DNA of 63,984 nucleotides, counting the filler, from Reticulomyxa filosa (Eukaryota > Protista > Foraminifera): the NCBI GenBank assembly GCA_000512085.1. It is 18 parts of 18 records of this genome, joined end to end, with 100 filler letters (N's around TTAATTAATTAA, not from the genome) between each part and the next. Parts side by side here need not be neighbours in the genome. Positions count along the whole stretch, not along the records: positions 1 to 11,846 come from ASPP01012863.1; positions 11,947 to 14,557 come from ASPP01013916.1; 16 more parts are not named here. One strand, 5' to 3'. The position numbers and the translations under genes are program-made. Each line of letters starts with the position of its first letter. Position 1 is the first letter of the stretch. Below, piece after piece: positions 1 to 12,019 of the stretch. Under the pieces are notes generated by a model. It saw only the letters and a list, made by a program, of their open reading frames with translations, was not told where the DNA came from and made no database searches.

Positions 1-45
1 GGGGGGGGAACATTGCAATAAAAGGCGTTTGACATTAGCAAACAA

Positions 46-1394
46 GTGCTGAAAACACAATTACGAGAAGACAGCTTGGCTCAAAATGAAAGTCAAAAGT
101 TTCGATTGCTGCCCGAGGACAAGTCGCATGACGTGGTACTGTTTCCAGTTGCCGGCAACGGTGGCGACTCGAGCGCGGCGGTGTCGCCGCATCTCGAATT
201 GACGAACGCGTTTTCGGCCATTGGTAGTAAGCCCAATGTACTGAAAGACTACAGTCCAAAGAAGAGCTTGCGTCTGTTCAGCCATCCTCCAGACCCTTGG
301 GTAGGACGCTATGTGGACATCTTTCAATTGATACAATTGATCCAAGACCCACAAAACAAGTTCACAATTGTGTTTGGAGATAAAGGCATTGGCAAATCTG
401 CACTGGTGAATCGCACATTCGAGTATTTATGGGAACGACAAAAGTTTGACGGAGTGTTTGTCATTGACGTGTACCAAAGGTTGCGAGAGAACCCGCGAAG
501 TAGCGTCGCGGAGATTATAAGTGACCATTTGCGTGAAGTATACGTAGTTATGAAAAAATGTTGCACGAATTCAGAATTGACGAAAGAGTTGAGAGACAGC
601 AACTACTTGCTTTGTATTGAAAACATTGACGCATATTCCGTGAAGCATTTATCGATTGCACAACGAATTGACGAGTGTCTGTATCATATCAATGAACGGA
701 CCAATGTGCGTGTAGTGGTAACCATGGACACGACTTTGCAGCAGGAGCATCTGCCTTTGCTTCAACGTATCCCCCGTAGCACGATGAAATTGAAACCCAT
801 GTCGGAAGAGGAAATGATTCAGCTCTTTTGGCTGCAAATGCAAAAAACCCATAACAAAACATTGCTCAAAAAACTCAGCGCCGAAAAGATTCAAAAGTTG
901 ATTCGTGATTGCAAAGGCATCCCCGAAATTGTCAATCACGCCGTCTTGCTGTGTACACAACAAGACATTGCCGATGACAAAGATGGACAGCTGATCAACT
1001 TCATCAAACACGTGCATAATAAAGTCCTCGAGCACAAACACACCTTACTTCATCATCGCTACTATCTCCCCTTCGTCATTGGCACTTTGGACGTCGGCCA
1101 AATCCGATCCAAAATACACGACTCCAGCGCGAGGGACTTTTGGGTGGAACACTTCAAGTTCAATTCTTTTGGGGATTGGCCTACCATTGCCCAATTTATT
1201 AAACAAAGATACAAACAAAAAGTAGGGGCCAAATTCGCCAAAATTCGCCCATTGCGAATTGATTCACCTGACAGTTTCGAATATGAGTTTATCATGGAAG
1301 AGTTGTTCCAGCATTTTGCAACTGAAGCCCGAGTTTTTTTCACATTACAAACAAAAGGACATTAATAGATCTTTGTGTCTTTTTATAAGGCGAG

Positions 1395-1430
<36 letters not shown>

Positions 1431-2497
1431 AAAAAAAAGGGACAAAATTCTATGTTATGTATTTGTATACAAATATATAAATATATATACGTATACGTAT
1501 ACACGTATAATATATATGTATACTTAAGGTTTTTAATCATTGCAAGTTACCATGTTTGTTAAAATAAAATAAAAAATAAAAACAGGTCGAATTTGAATAT
1601 CATCACCAAGACTTTCTCATGCAAGCAAAAAGTAAGGAGAAAGAAAAAACAACACCGGGGTCCTTTTTGAAATGGTTCCCGTTTGATTCCGTGAAACGCC
1701 TGGTTTCATCTCAATCCCATTCCCAGTCTCAATCTCGGCCTCAATCCCAATCCCAGTCGACAAATTCGCGCCCTTACTTGTATAGTCAACGTAGTCGCTG
1801 GAACTCGGTGGACGACCCCAATGACAACGACTGGAGCGAGTACTCGAAGGACGACCGCACATGCTCGACGCTCGAAAGCGAGTCGAAAACGTATAATGCG
1901 AGCATGGCAAATAACTCTTTGACCAATGCCAATGACTTTACTGCCGACAGTGGACACAACGATTCCATCGACCCTTTCACTTCCAACCCTAGCTCGAATT
2001 CGAACCACGGCATACCTATTGAAGTGTTTGGATTGTTTGTTGATTATTTCGACAGTTTGTTGGAATGCATTTTATTACCACAAATTGCACCCTATTATTT
2101 TCGAACAAACCCTGTGCTAATCTTTGGCATGATTTCGTCCACGAGGGCCATGGATTACGTTAGCGGCAAAAAACAAGGAACCAATACAAAGCCTGGAACG
2201 TGCTTATTTCGGTTCAGTCGGAAAAAGGGGTCCGCATTGGTCTTGGTTTGCGCCCATCAAAAAGAGGATCAATCTTTGCATACCGCACAGCACAAAATTG
2301 AACTTGTCAAATCCAAAGACAAAGTACTGTTTGAAATCTTTCAATCCGATGCCAACGTTTTGGAAGATTCCTTGTACAGCATCGTCCGCAATATGAAAGA
2401 GTTTCAATCACTCTTTTATTTTAATGCCAAAGGAAAACCCGACGTTGTGCCAAAAAGCAAAGTCTTGGATCTTTTGCGACCTCACAATATTAGGTGA
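46..2497 (+). CDS. STAND (NB-ARC-like) P-loop NTPase fused to C-terminal EF-hand-like + SH2 module; probably 5'-partial; intron 1333-1585
   Basis: Walker A GDKGIGKS preceded by PWVGR, FDGVFVID, Walker B LLCIENID, and CKGIP (GxP) motif. A GT at 1333 and CAG at 1583-1585 join ...EAR|VEFEY... in phase 0 into ORF 1619-2497. The C-terminus has FGMISSTRAMDYV...PGTCLFRFS (SH2 signature). Confidence 0.75.
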
Positions 2498-2949
2498 CCC
2501 TCCTTTGTGGATTGCTTAGCATATCTTCTTTTTTTCCCTCCCCCCCTCACTCCTTTCCTTTTTCTTGCCATGTTTGTGAGTCTGGCGAGATTTTTATTTT
2601 GTTTTGTTTTTTCCTGTTTTCAATGCTGATTTTTTTTTCACTTTTGCTTTGCCTTGTGCACCGTTTTTCTTTTGGTTTTTTTCTTCGAACAAATAACCTT
2701 TGCTGGTATTGCTGAATTTTGTATCAATGTTAACTGTTGCGCCTCCGAGTATTTGAATGTTTCACATTTTTCTGAATAACCAAAACGCCGATCTATCACT
2801 ATCATTCTTTCTGTAAAAGTTCTGTCTTCTATGCTTAAAGATGTTTTTTACTTTTGAGTGAATTGGTCACTATAATTTACTGTCGAAAGTGGAACTAACA
2901 GTACAAAGAATTACAAGGGACAATCTTTTTTTTTGAAAGAAAATTTGCC

Positions 2950-5427
2950 ATGGCTGAATTGCGCATAGTGGTGTTGAGGGCTATTTACTTTTGGAATGCC
3001 TGCGCTTTGGGGGTTTTGATCCGCTTTCTTGTCGTCTTTTTGAAAGAGATAGATTATACGCCAGGACAGATTGGTATTTTGGTGGCATTGCGACCAGGGG
3101 TAGGATTCTTTGGAGCAGTATTTTGGGGATTTGTGGGTGATTACACAAACAGGCGATTGACAGTACTATTGCTTGGGTCATTGATATCGAGTCTTTGTTA
3201 TACATTGCTACTTGCGGAAGTGATCCAAAGAAACTTTTGGTATGTATTTGCAGTGATAGCGGTGGCGTGTTTTTTTGGAGCAAGCTTGAGTCTATTGGAT
3301 GCAATATGTCTGACATTTTTGGCAGATCCCTCATCGAAACAACAAAATAGTGAGAAAGACAAGAATGAGTCCACATATGAACACGTCAGTATTCATCAAG
3401 AAAAAAGTAATCATGATTTTGCTGACAAAGCAAAAACGTGCAACGACAAGTCCGAACGAGAACAAAGCTATGATCAAGAAGGAAGAGATGACGATGAAGA
3501 ATTGAAAACAAGTAATGGAAAAAATGAGTCAAGTCGTTATGGAGAAACTCGAATGTGGGCAGCCATAGGTTGGGGTTTAGGTGCAGTGATGTGTGGTTTT
3601 TTGGTGAAACTATATGATAAGGATTTGATAATATTATTTTATGATGTTTGTGTTGTATTGCAATGGGTGATACTGCTATGTCTGCTGCCAATATTCATAC
3701 GGAGGAATAAAAGAAACAATAGACCACGCCATGAAGAAGATGGCAGCAGTGATGGAAACAAACCAATTCCACCAAAAAAAAAACCTTCCAAATTTTTATT
3801 TCTTTTTTCCAGAAAATTGCGTGAGGACTTAACCTCGACTCTAATTTCAACTCAGCCTGATGCTTCTGGTCACTCGAAGCCTAATGTGCACACAAATAAT
3901 GACACTGTGGTCCCCCATGTGCAACAGCAGCGTCAATCGTCCTTTGTACCTCAAACAACCTCCACTGCGACTGATGTGCAAAAGAATAGCACCCGTAAAA
4001 GTCTGTCTCACGACATTACGTATTCCAAAACGGTGGAACTCAGTCCAATGAACACCTATGTCAATCCCAACACTTCTTTGTCACGTGATGACACTTTTTT
4101 TTCTTCTTTATCTGAATTCGATTCTGGGGCGGCATCCAACGATTTTGACATGTCGCGTAAACATTTGTTGAAAGGTACTTTTTTTTTTTTTTTTTCTCCC
4201 GTCCTCCTCCCTCCCTCCCTCCCTTTCAACATTTATAAAATTCAATTGGTTATTGTTGTCGATGGATTTTTTATTTTTATTTTTTGATACGTATACAAAA
4301 ATGTGCCACGGGGTTAGTGTTTTGCAATGTGGCTTGCAACATCCATGCAATGGTATTTTTTTTAAATTTATTCTTGTTCGGCGTGGCCATGTCATTTGTG
4401 GAGCAATACTTGTTCCTGTTTTTGTTGGACAAGTTCAATGCTTCTTATGTGCTGTGCGGATTGACCATTTTTTCCATGGTGTTTGTTGGAGAAACACCTG
4501 TTTTTTATTACAGTCATAAACTGCTTCAGACCATTGGCATTTCTGGTTTGTGTATTTTTTTTTATTTTTTTTTTTACTATTTTTATTTCAATTTAAACTT
4601 CCTTGCCTATTTTGCTTGTGTCTGAACGTACGCTTCAATGCGTTCACAAATCTCATGTACTGTTTGCCATTCAACATGTATGCAAGCAAGTGGAAGAAAA
4701 ATTCGTACATTAAACAAACAATAATACAAAAAAGGGCTAATGGCATTGGCCCATTTGGCGTACGCTGTTCGTGTGTATGGGTATACGTTGATTCCTGAAA
4801 CAAGCCGTGATGCTTGGTTTATTTTGTTGTTGGAGCCATTGCATGGACTTACTTTTGCAGGTTTTGTGTGTGTCTTTGTTGGCAAAAATAACGTGAATAT
4901 CTTTTATTTGTTGCTTTTTGCTAATATCTGACTCCACCTCTGTGTATTCACTGCTAAGGTTGTTGGATTGCCTGTGTCCAATACGGCTCCATTTTGGTAC
5001 CTTCATATTTGCAGGGAACGATACAAGGAGTCATCAACGGGACATGGAGCGGTAAGCCATTGCATTACGTATATGATTTCTTTTTTTGTGTGTTGTCTGT
5101 AGGACAAAAGACATTGTTTTTATCTTGCTTCAAATGCATAATTTTAAAATTAACATATGGGTAAACAATTTTTAAAAAAAAGGTTTAGCGGACTGTATTG
5201 GTGCGATTGCAGGAGGATACATTTATGAACACTATGGGCCAGTGTGGATGTATCGTATAAGCGGTGGAGTCATAATGGTATGGATGATTGTTTTTCAGAT
5301 CTTGTTTCAATGCACAAAAAAATATCACCACTATTCGGACACTTCTGATCATGACGATGTCCCAGATCATAGCAAGACACAAAAGATATCTCCCAGTTTT
5401 AGTGACGAAAACAAAGAAACAACGTAA
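2950..5427 (+). CDS. Major facilitator superfamily transporter (MFS_1-like/MFSD6 type), multi-exon
   Basis: FWGFVGDYTNRR, SLLDAI, YGETRMWAAIGWG, GETPVFYYS and LLEPLHGLTFA motifs. Many TM helices, long hydrophilic loops and several GT-AG introns (first donor about 4175). Confidence 0.85.
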
Positions 5428-6867
5428 ACTAAATAATATATTGAATAAAGTAAAGGCCCCTACCTTCCAGCTGCTGAAGGAACAGTAAAAAGGTGCACTT
5501 CTGCTACACCATAAATATTCACAATAGTCTTTCCACCCTTTCTTTGCTTTAAAATCGTGTTTTGGTATTCTTAGTTATTTGTATGTAATTCTGTTATTGC
5601 GTTTTAGCAACATATCAAATGATGGAAATAATTAACACTGGAGAACTCACATAAATTATTGCTTCTTTTTCAACAAAGATTCTAATTATTTGTCATAAAG
5701 TTGCAAAAGTTTTTCAAACTATTTCAAGCAAGTACTTCTCCTTTTTCGTTGCATTTAGAAATTATTTGATGACTACTTTTTAAAACGAGTAAAATTTATA
5801 CAGTTCGTGATTCTCACAAAGTAATTGCTACAAACAGAAAGAGTGTCTTCATTCGAAACATGTTTCTTTCTAAAATCAATCATAACATCTAGTGACTAAA
5901 AGAGCTAAAAAACAGCATATAAACCTGCGCTAGGCTAAAATAAGAGCTTTTAACACTAGCTACCACAACACTCAATCACGCTGCATCTTGCATGGCAATT
6001 GCATTACATAATAAGATACTAAGCGCATATCAACATGCTAACGCTGGCAGTACCATATCATTTCACAGTCAGTGCCTCTTCTTACAAAGGATTAAATCAG
6101 TTTTTCCAATTGCTAAGCAAATACAATACATTCTAACAAAATTTTTTAAAAAATATGAAAAAGAAAACAGTTGCGTCCAAAGCGTTGTAAATTATTTCTT
6201 GCAATTATATTTACTAGAAGTGGTACCTTAACTTGGCAGTAATTTTCGAACTGTATACAACATATATAACCAAGTTTGTAGTGAACTTTTACTAGTAGAC
6301 GTCAACTGACATTCATGGCCATAGTGTTAGCAAATGTCTTCTAATTTGTAATACATGATTTATCAATTTAAGTTTTGTCTTGTGTATCGTGATTTACTTT
6401 TTAATTTAATTTAATTTTTTTTTATTGAAAGTTCATTCTGTAACGACTCTTTCACATTACATTTAATACCATTCATCCTACAGTTCCAATATCTATTTTT
6501 TTAATTTTTTATTGCTATGACAATATTTCAATTTTGCTTTTACAACTGCAGTTGCTTTTCTTGGTAGTTATATATTTTTTATTCATAATTACAAAACATT
6601 TTCGATATTTTCTTTGTATAAAGTTTTACTAAAGTGATTTTGTTTTGTGATTGCATTGAATAATATCATTTTATATGATTTTAATAATTAAGAAAAATAC
6701 AAAAAAGTGAAATACAAAAAGTACATCTTCAAAACTTTTTTATTTTAGCACTGTACTTGGGTACACAAGTTTGGCCAGAGCTCTTTTTCGCGGTTCAAAC
6801 TCCTCAAAAATTTTATTTCTCTTCAATTAAAAGTTAGAAATTCTTTGTGATCTATTTGGTTGAGAAA

Positions 6868-7338
6868 ATGTCTTTGGTGGCCTTAAAATTAACAGAAAAA
6901 GATAATCAATTAAAACTTCCAGTGTATTCTGCCGCAGTAGTAAGTGGACTTCACTTGCTGTTGGCAGTACGAATGTCATTTTTTAGAATTGAACATCGCT
7001 TGAGAAAAGATGATGGAAAATTAGATGAAGATTTTTATTCAAGTGATGCCTTTAAAGTGGCCAGTCGAACCCAATTAAATCATGCTGAATATAGTGGTGT
7101 TTTTGTTGCATTATTATTGTATTTGCAAGCACGAGCTGATAAAACCCAAAATCTGACCACCACCGCTAAGGTAGCATGCTTATTGACAACCATTGGTTCT
7201 GTTATATTCACCATTGGTTTTGCTACGGTTGAAAATCTCTCGAAAACCAATAAACTCAAATTAATTGGCGCAACTACTCGATACGCTGGTTTTGCTGCGT
7301 TGGTATTGAGTGTTCTTCAAGCTGGATTGCAACAATGA
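6868..7338 (+). CDS. MAPEG family membrane protein
   Basis: About 155 aa with four hydrophobic helices. RTQLNHAEY matches the MAPEG R-x-H/Q-x-N-x-x-E motif. Confidence 0.75.
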   Translation: MSLVALKLTEKDNQLKLPVYSAAVVSGLHLLLAVRMSFFRIEHRLRKDDGKLDEDFYSSDAFKVASRTQLNHAEYSGVFVALLLYLQARADKTQNLTTTAKVACLLTTIGSVIFTIGFATVENLSKTNKLKLIGATTRYAGFAALVLSVLQAGLQQ

Positions 7339-8919
7339 GACTGTACAAAGTATATTCACGGATAATTATGAGCGTCTGTTTTCTGGTAAACATTAAACTG
7401 CTATTTTTCCCTTAACTTGCTTTTTGTTGTTGCTTTAATGCATTTGTTATAATTAATCTTATTTTTCAAAAAAATTGTCGTAATTCAATACTCTACATAT
7501 CTAGTCGATCACAATAAAAGAGGGAAAAAATATGTTTTCTATTTGTTGCTTCTTTGAACGAAGTTTTGAAGCAAAGATAGCAAAACTAATAATGAGAGCT
7601 CTCACTGTGCCAAATTCTGGGACAAAGATAAAGAAAGAACTGATGGAACGATTTTAGGTTTGAGTTAAGTTTAGTACTCCTTATACGAAATATTGGTTAA
7701 AAAAAAGATGAAAAATCAAATCAAAATGACAAGGTAGAAAAGAAAGTGAAAGCAGGAGTACAATAATATCATTCAAGCATATGAAAAGTTGGCAGAAATT
7801 TCTGAACGGAACCGAACGACCAAAAAAAGCAAAGAAATTTGATATCTCAAAGCTTCCTTAGTTCCTTATTTTTTTTCGAACAAAAAAAATATAAATGAAT
7901 TGTTAATCTGGTTTTGTCAAATAGCGTTGAAAATATAATATTTTGGAGAAAAGTATGATGGATTTGTGCCGCAACAGTCAATGCAAAATAGCATAAAATT
8001 CCACTTATTTTTGGCATTAGAAAAAGCACAATTCACAGTCGATGAAAAATCATGCAATTACAGTCACTGTAATCGTACAGATAAAGATATATCATCCAAG
8101 AAAAGAAAAAAACCAAGAAAAAAGTAATACTAAAGTAAATCCAAAGAAAAGAAATTATTTTGATTGTGTGAAAACATCCAAAGACGTTTGTGTAATCAAT
8201 CCAATGTTTTGTTTGATTACAAGTGTTACGATATGAATATTTATTGTTCGATGTGTGCGCAATAATAGTATAGGCTCATGAGAAAAATAATATCAGTAAC
8301 CACACGAATATCTTGTGTAAACTATTGTTGGCAATGCTTTCAAATTTGATATGTTGTTTTTTCTTTATTGGATATCGAGCAAGTCACATAAAAATCTCAA
8401 TATCAAATGGCTCATTTGTTGCCTTTGATTTTATATAATTGCGTGTTTGGTCCATCTCTGATTAGGCTTGTACCCGATAATTTTAATGGAATTAAAATAT
8501 TTGAAGCACTCACCCGATGCCAGGGAATACTGGGTAAGATACTTTTTGTAAACCTTAAACGAGATGCTACTTCAATATCAATGAATTTTTATGTTTTTCT
8601 GCTCACTTGCTTCCCAAAGAACAAACATTTGTTGGAAGATGACAGTTAAATAAAATGCTGATACTCACTAATAATCCTTTTGCTGTCGATATAAAACTTC
8701 ACAAAAATTTGATAACCAAAAGTCCTTTCCCCAAAAGATTGCTTAATATTTGGTGTTAGCTTACAAGTCTTGCACTGTCTATCCGTTTTACTTTAAAAAA
8801 AGGAACCTATAGAAAAAAAATAAAATTAGAGCCCATCTTTCAGCTCATGACTTCCAAAAAAATAAAAATGATCACCGAGCTCAGCACAATAGCAAACAGT
8901 TTAATTTATCAACAAATTT

Positions 8920-11385
8920 GTGGAACATAATAAAACTCTGTTATTGCTTGACAGGTTGAGAGAAAATCGTGAGACAACAATCGCTCGAGAAATGGGTTTA
9001 TTTATATTATGGAACATTTTGAGTGAGCCAAATAATACCCGCTATCGCAAAATTAGCAACGAAAGGCTAAGCAATGTTTTGCAAAAAAAATGTCGCCGAA
9101 AGCGTGCAGATTATTCCATTGTCGTACAAGAATGTGTTGCTTATTTGTATGAATTTGGATTTAACGAAGAAATTGACAAGAATTGGTACAATTACAAACC
9201 AGTAAATATCATACGATTATGGAATTGGTACAAAGACCTAATAACAAAGCGGCTAAAGTATAATATATTTATATCATTGTCAAGCAGATGAATAATTATT
9301 CTGTTTTCTGACAAATAGCTATGCTTTGGTTTTTATATTTTGATCTGTTAGATATCAATCACAACAATATCCTATCCCCAAAACGGTATTGGTACTGCAG
9401 AAAGAGAAATGGAAACAGTGTGAAGCTGTATTTGATCATGATACTCGAAGAATTGCGCTGTTGGATGTAAAAAGTGAAAACTTGACAGTTGAAACATTGC
9501 AAGTTGGAGACTCAAATAAAAAAGAATTTGAATTCGATATAAGCATCCAATGGAATACTGATTTATCTGAAGCCGAAAAAATGGAGAACAAATGGCGTAT
9601 TGTCATTCTCAACAATCGTTGGAAGTTTCGTGTACTGACAACGTACGAAAGAGAGTGCTTATGCAAAGTATTATCAGTTATGGATATGCTTGCAATAGAA
9701 TATATACATATATATGTTTTTGTTTGTGTGTGCGTGGCAAATTAATTTGAAACTTATCAAAATATTTAACAACCAAACTATTAAAGGATTTCAATTCTTT
9801 TCGTATTGCATGGAAAGTCAACTCGAATAGGACAAATTATCTGCCATTGAACCCTTATACCACGACTTTGGAGCAAGTTTTTAAACAGTTGAAAGAACAA
9901 CTGCCAATATACGAAAGCATTGCATCGGAAGTTGATGAGTTAATTGCATTAAGATGTGAATATACAAAATGCGTGCCGCCAATTCCATCAAATGTAAGCA
10001 CTAAAGTACTATTAAATGATATTTACAAAGACGTTCGTCATTATCCACAAATTGAAGTCATGTGGGTAATACAATGCTGTTTCCTGGTTCCTTATGACCG
10101 TACATATTCTTTTGGCAATGATAGGTTTTCAAAAACTGTCAAAAAAGAATTACCATCATTAGAATTGACAAACGAAAAAATTCAATTTAATCCCTTTTTG
10201 TCGGAAAGTGATCAAAACAAAATTGAAGGAACTTATCCCTTGATGACTCACATTTCTCTTCAGTTTGAAACATCAAATACAGACACTCTGAAAGATCTAT
10301 TACACGAAGTAATCAAAAATGGTTTTTTGAGAGATTTGATAAATAATGAATCAAAAGATTTTGATGAAGGCAAAATTAAAGAAATAATTTCTTTCAATCA
10401 AACACAAAGCCGTCAACTGATATTAAATCCTGAAGTATTGACTATATTAAAACGAATCAAACATGTATATCACTTTAACTTTCATAAACGTCTGGGATAT
10501 CCTCTTGATATACACAAAATTTGTGCATTACTATTATACTGTGAAAAATCTTGTTCTTATCAATTTAAAAAGGATCAATTTGCTTTCAACTACAATAAAT
10601 GGATATATTTTGATCGATTTTTATGTGAAGCCATAATGACTTTGTCAAAGCATGAAAGAAGAGAAGAATGTGATGCAGAATTATATTATGGATTGAATTC
10701 AGTCAAATTCACTAATATTGAACAACAAATCAAACCAGGATATTTCATCGGTACTATTAGCACATATGACGATTTGAGGATAGCGCAGTCACATCGAGGC
10801 GATAGAGGATGTATTCTGGAATTTCATCCATCAATGCGACGGGCATTTCATATTTTCAGCTGTGATATATCGTGGTTATTTTCAAACAAACCTCAACATG
10901 AGATTCTCTTTGCAAGAACTTATGATTTTAATATTCACAAGAAATCACTCCCAGAATCAATATCATGGAATGTGAGCATTAAAAGTGAAACAGAAAATAT
11001 GCAAGTAGTATTGCTGACATGGGCAATATATGACAAATTTATCAACCAAACATTACAAATCAGCAAAATATTGAACAGCGGCATTGACTTTAATTTAATC
11101 TATATTGGACTTGCTCATATTGGCAGAGACTCCGAAAAAGCGAAGGAGTTGGTGACAAAATTTGAACAGTGGAGGACACGAGATAATAATGAAAAAGGTC
11201 ACAAGGATTTGATGTACAAGTTCTATCAGTATCGCGCTCGTAATGACGACGTCAATTTATTTTGCATTTTTCTTGATAATACAGGTGAATTACGACATCT
11301 TGGAATTAATTCCCTTGAGTTTGCAATTTATTTGACAATTTTTAATGGTCTGCCATTTGTTGAGAAAGACAAAACAAACACATAA
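8920..11385 (+). CDS. PUB-like domain + ADP-ribosyltransferase (ART)-fold protein; introns 9258-9351 and 9677-9786; start codon uncertain
   Basis: N-terminal LWNILSEPNNTRYRKIS...FGF (PUB-like). C-terminal LYYGL / ISTYDDLRIAQSH / GCILEF / CDISWLFS..QHEILF reproduces the ART motif order. Both GT-AG introns join the three ORFs in frame. Confidence 0.7.
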
Positions 11386-11846
11386 TAAATATTTTTAGAC
11401 ATAAAGAAAAACAACAAAACCTTGTTATGAATCAACTTATTCTTTTAGCTGCATACATTTTCTCTGCTATGTTTTTGACAGTAATTCATGAAAAAATTTT
11501 GGTGATGTTTCACCTTGATTTGTAAGTTTTTTGATAACTCCAGTTTTTTACAAAAGACAACGATTAGATTTTTCAATATAGTACAAACTTTTTTCGATTT
11601 AAAGATTAACTAATAGTTTTTTGGTAAAAAAAATTATACAAACCTTGTTTTTACCTAACCAGAACAACACAAATAATTTGATTATAAAACAAAATTTAGA
11701 TTCCTCTTTCCAATAGTATCGTACCATTTAAGCTAAATACACTACATCGAAGAAATAACACAAAAGGGATTATGCATCGGAGCAATCGTTACGCATTTTT
11801 TAAATTTACAATATACTCACAAGATGATAAATACATATTACTACAA

Positions 11847-11946
11847 NNNNNNNNNNNNNNNNNNNNNNNNNNNNNNNNNNNNNNNNNNNNTTAATTAATT
11901 AANNNNNNNNNNNNNNNNNNNNNNNNNNNNNNNNNNNNNNNNNNNN
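11847..11946. other. Artificial contig-joining linker N44-TTAATTAATTAA-N44. Further copies start at 14558, 16731, 18929, 21569, 22825, 25034, 27227, 31846, 34685, 35885, 38839, 42709, 44093, 45465, 54311 and 60784
   Basis: An identical 100-bp block occurs 17 times, and the 12-mer gives stops in all six frames. Confidence 0.98.
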
Positions 11947-11950
11947 AAAA

Positions 11951-11991
<41 letters not shown>

Positions 11992-12019
11992 CATTGGCTG
12001 TTTCGTCGAAGTTGCATTT

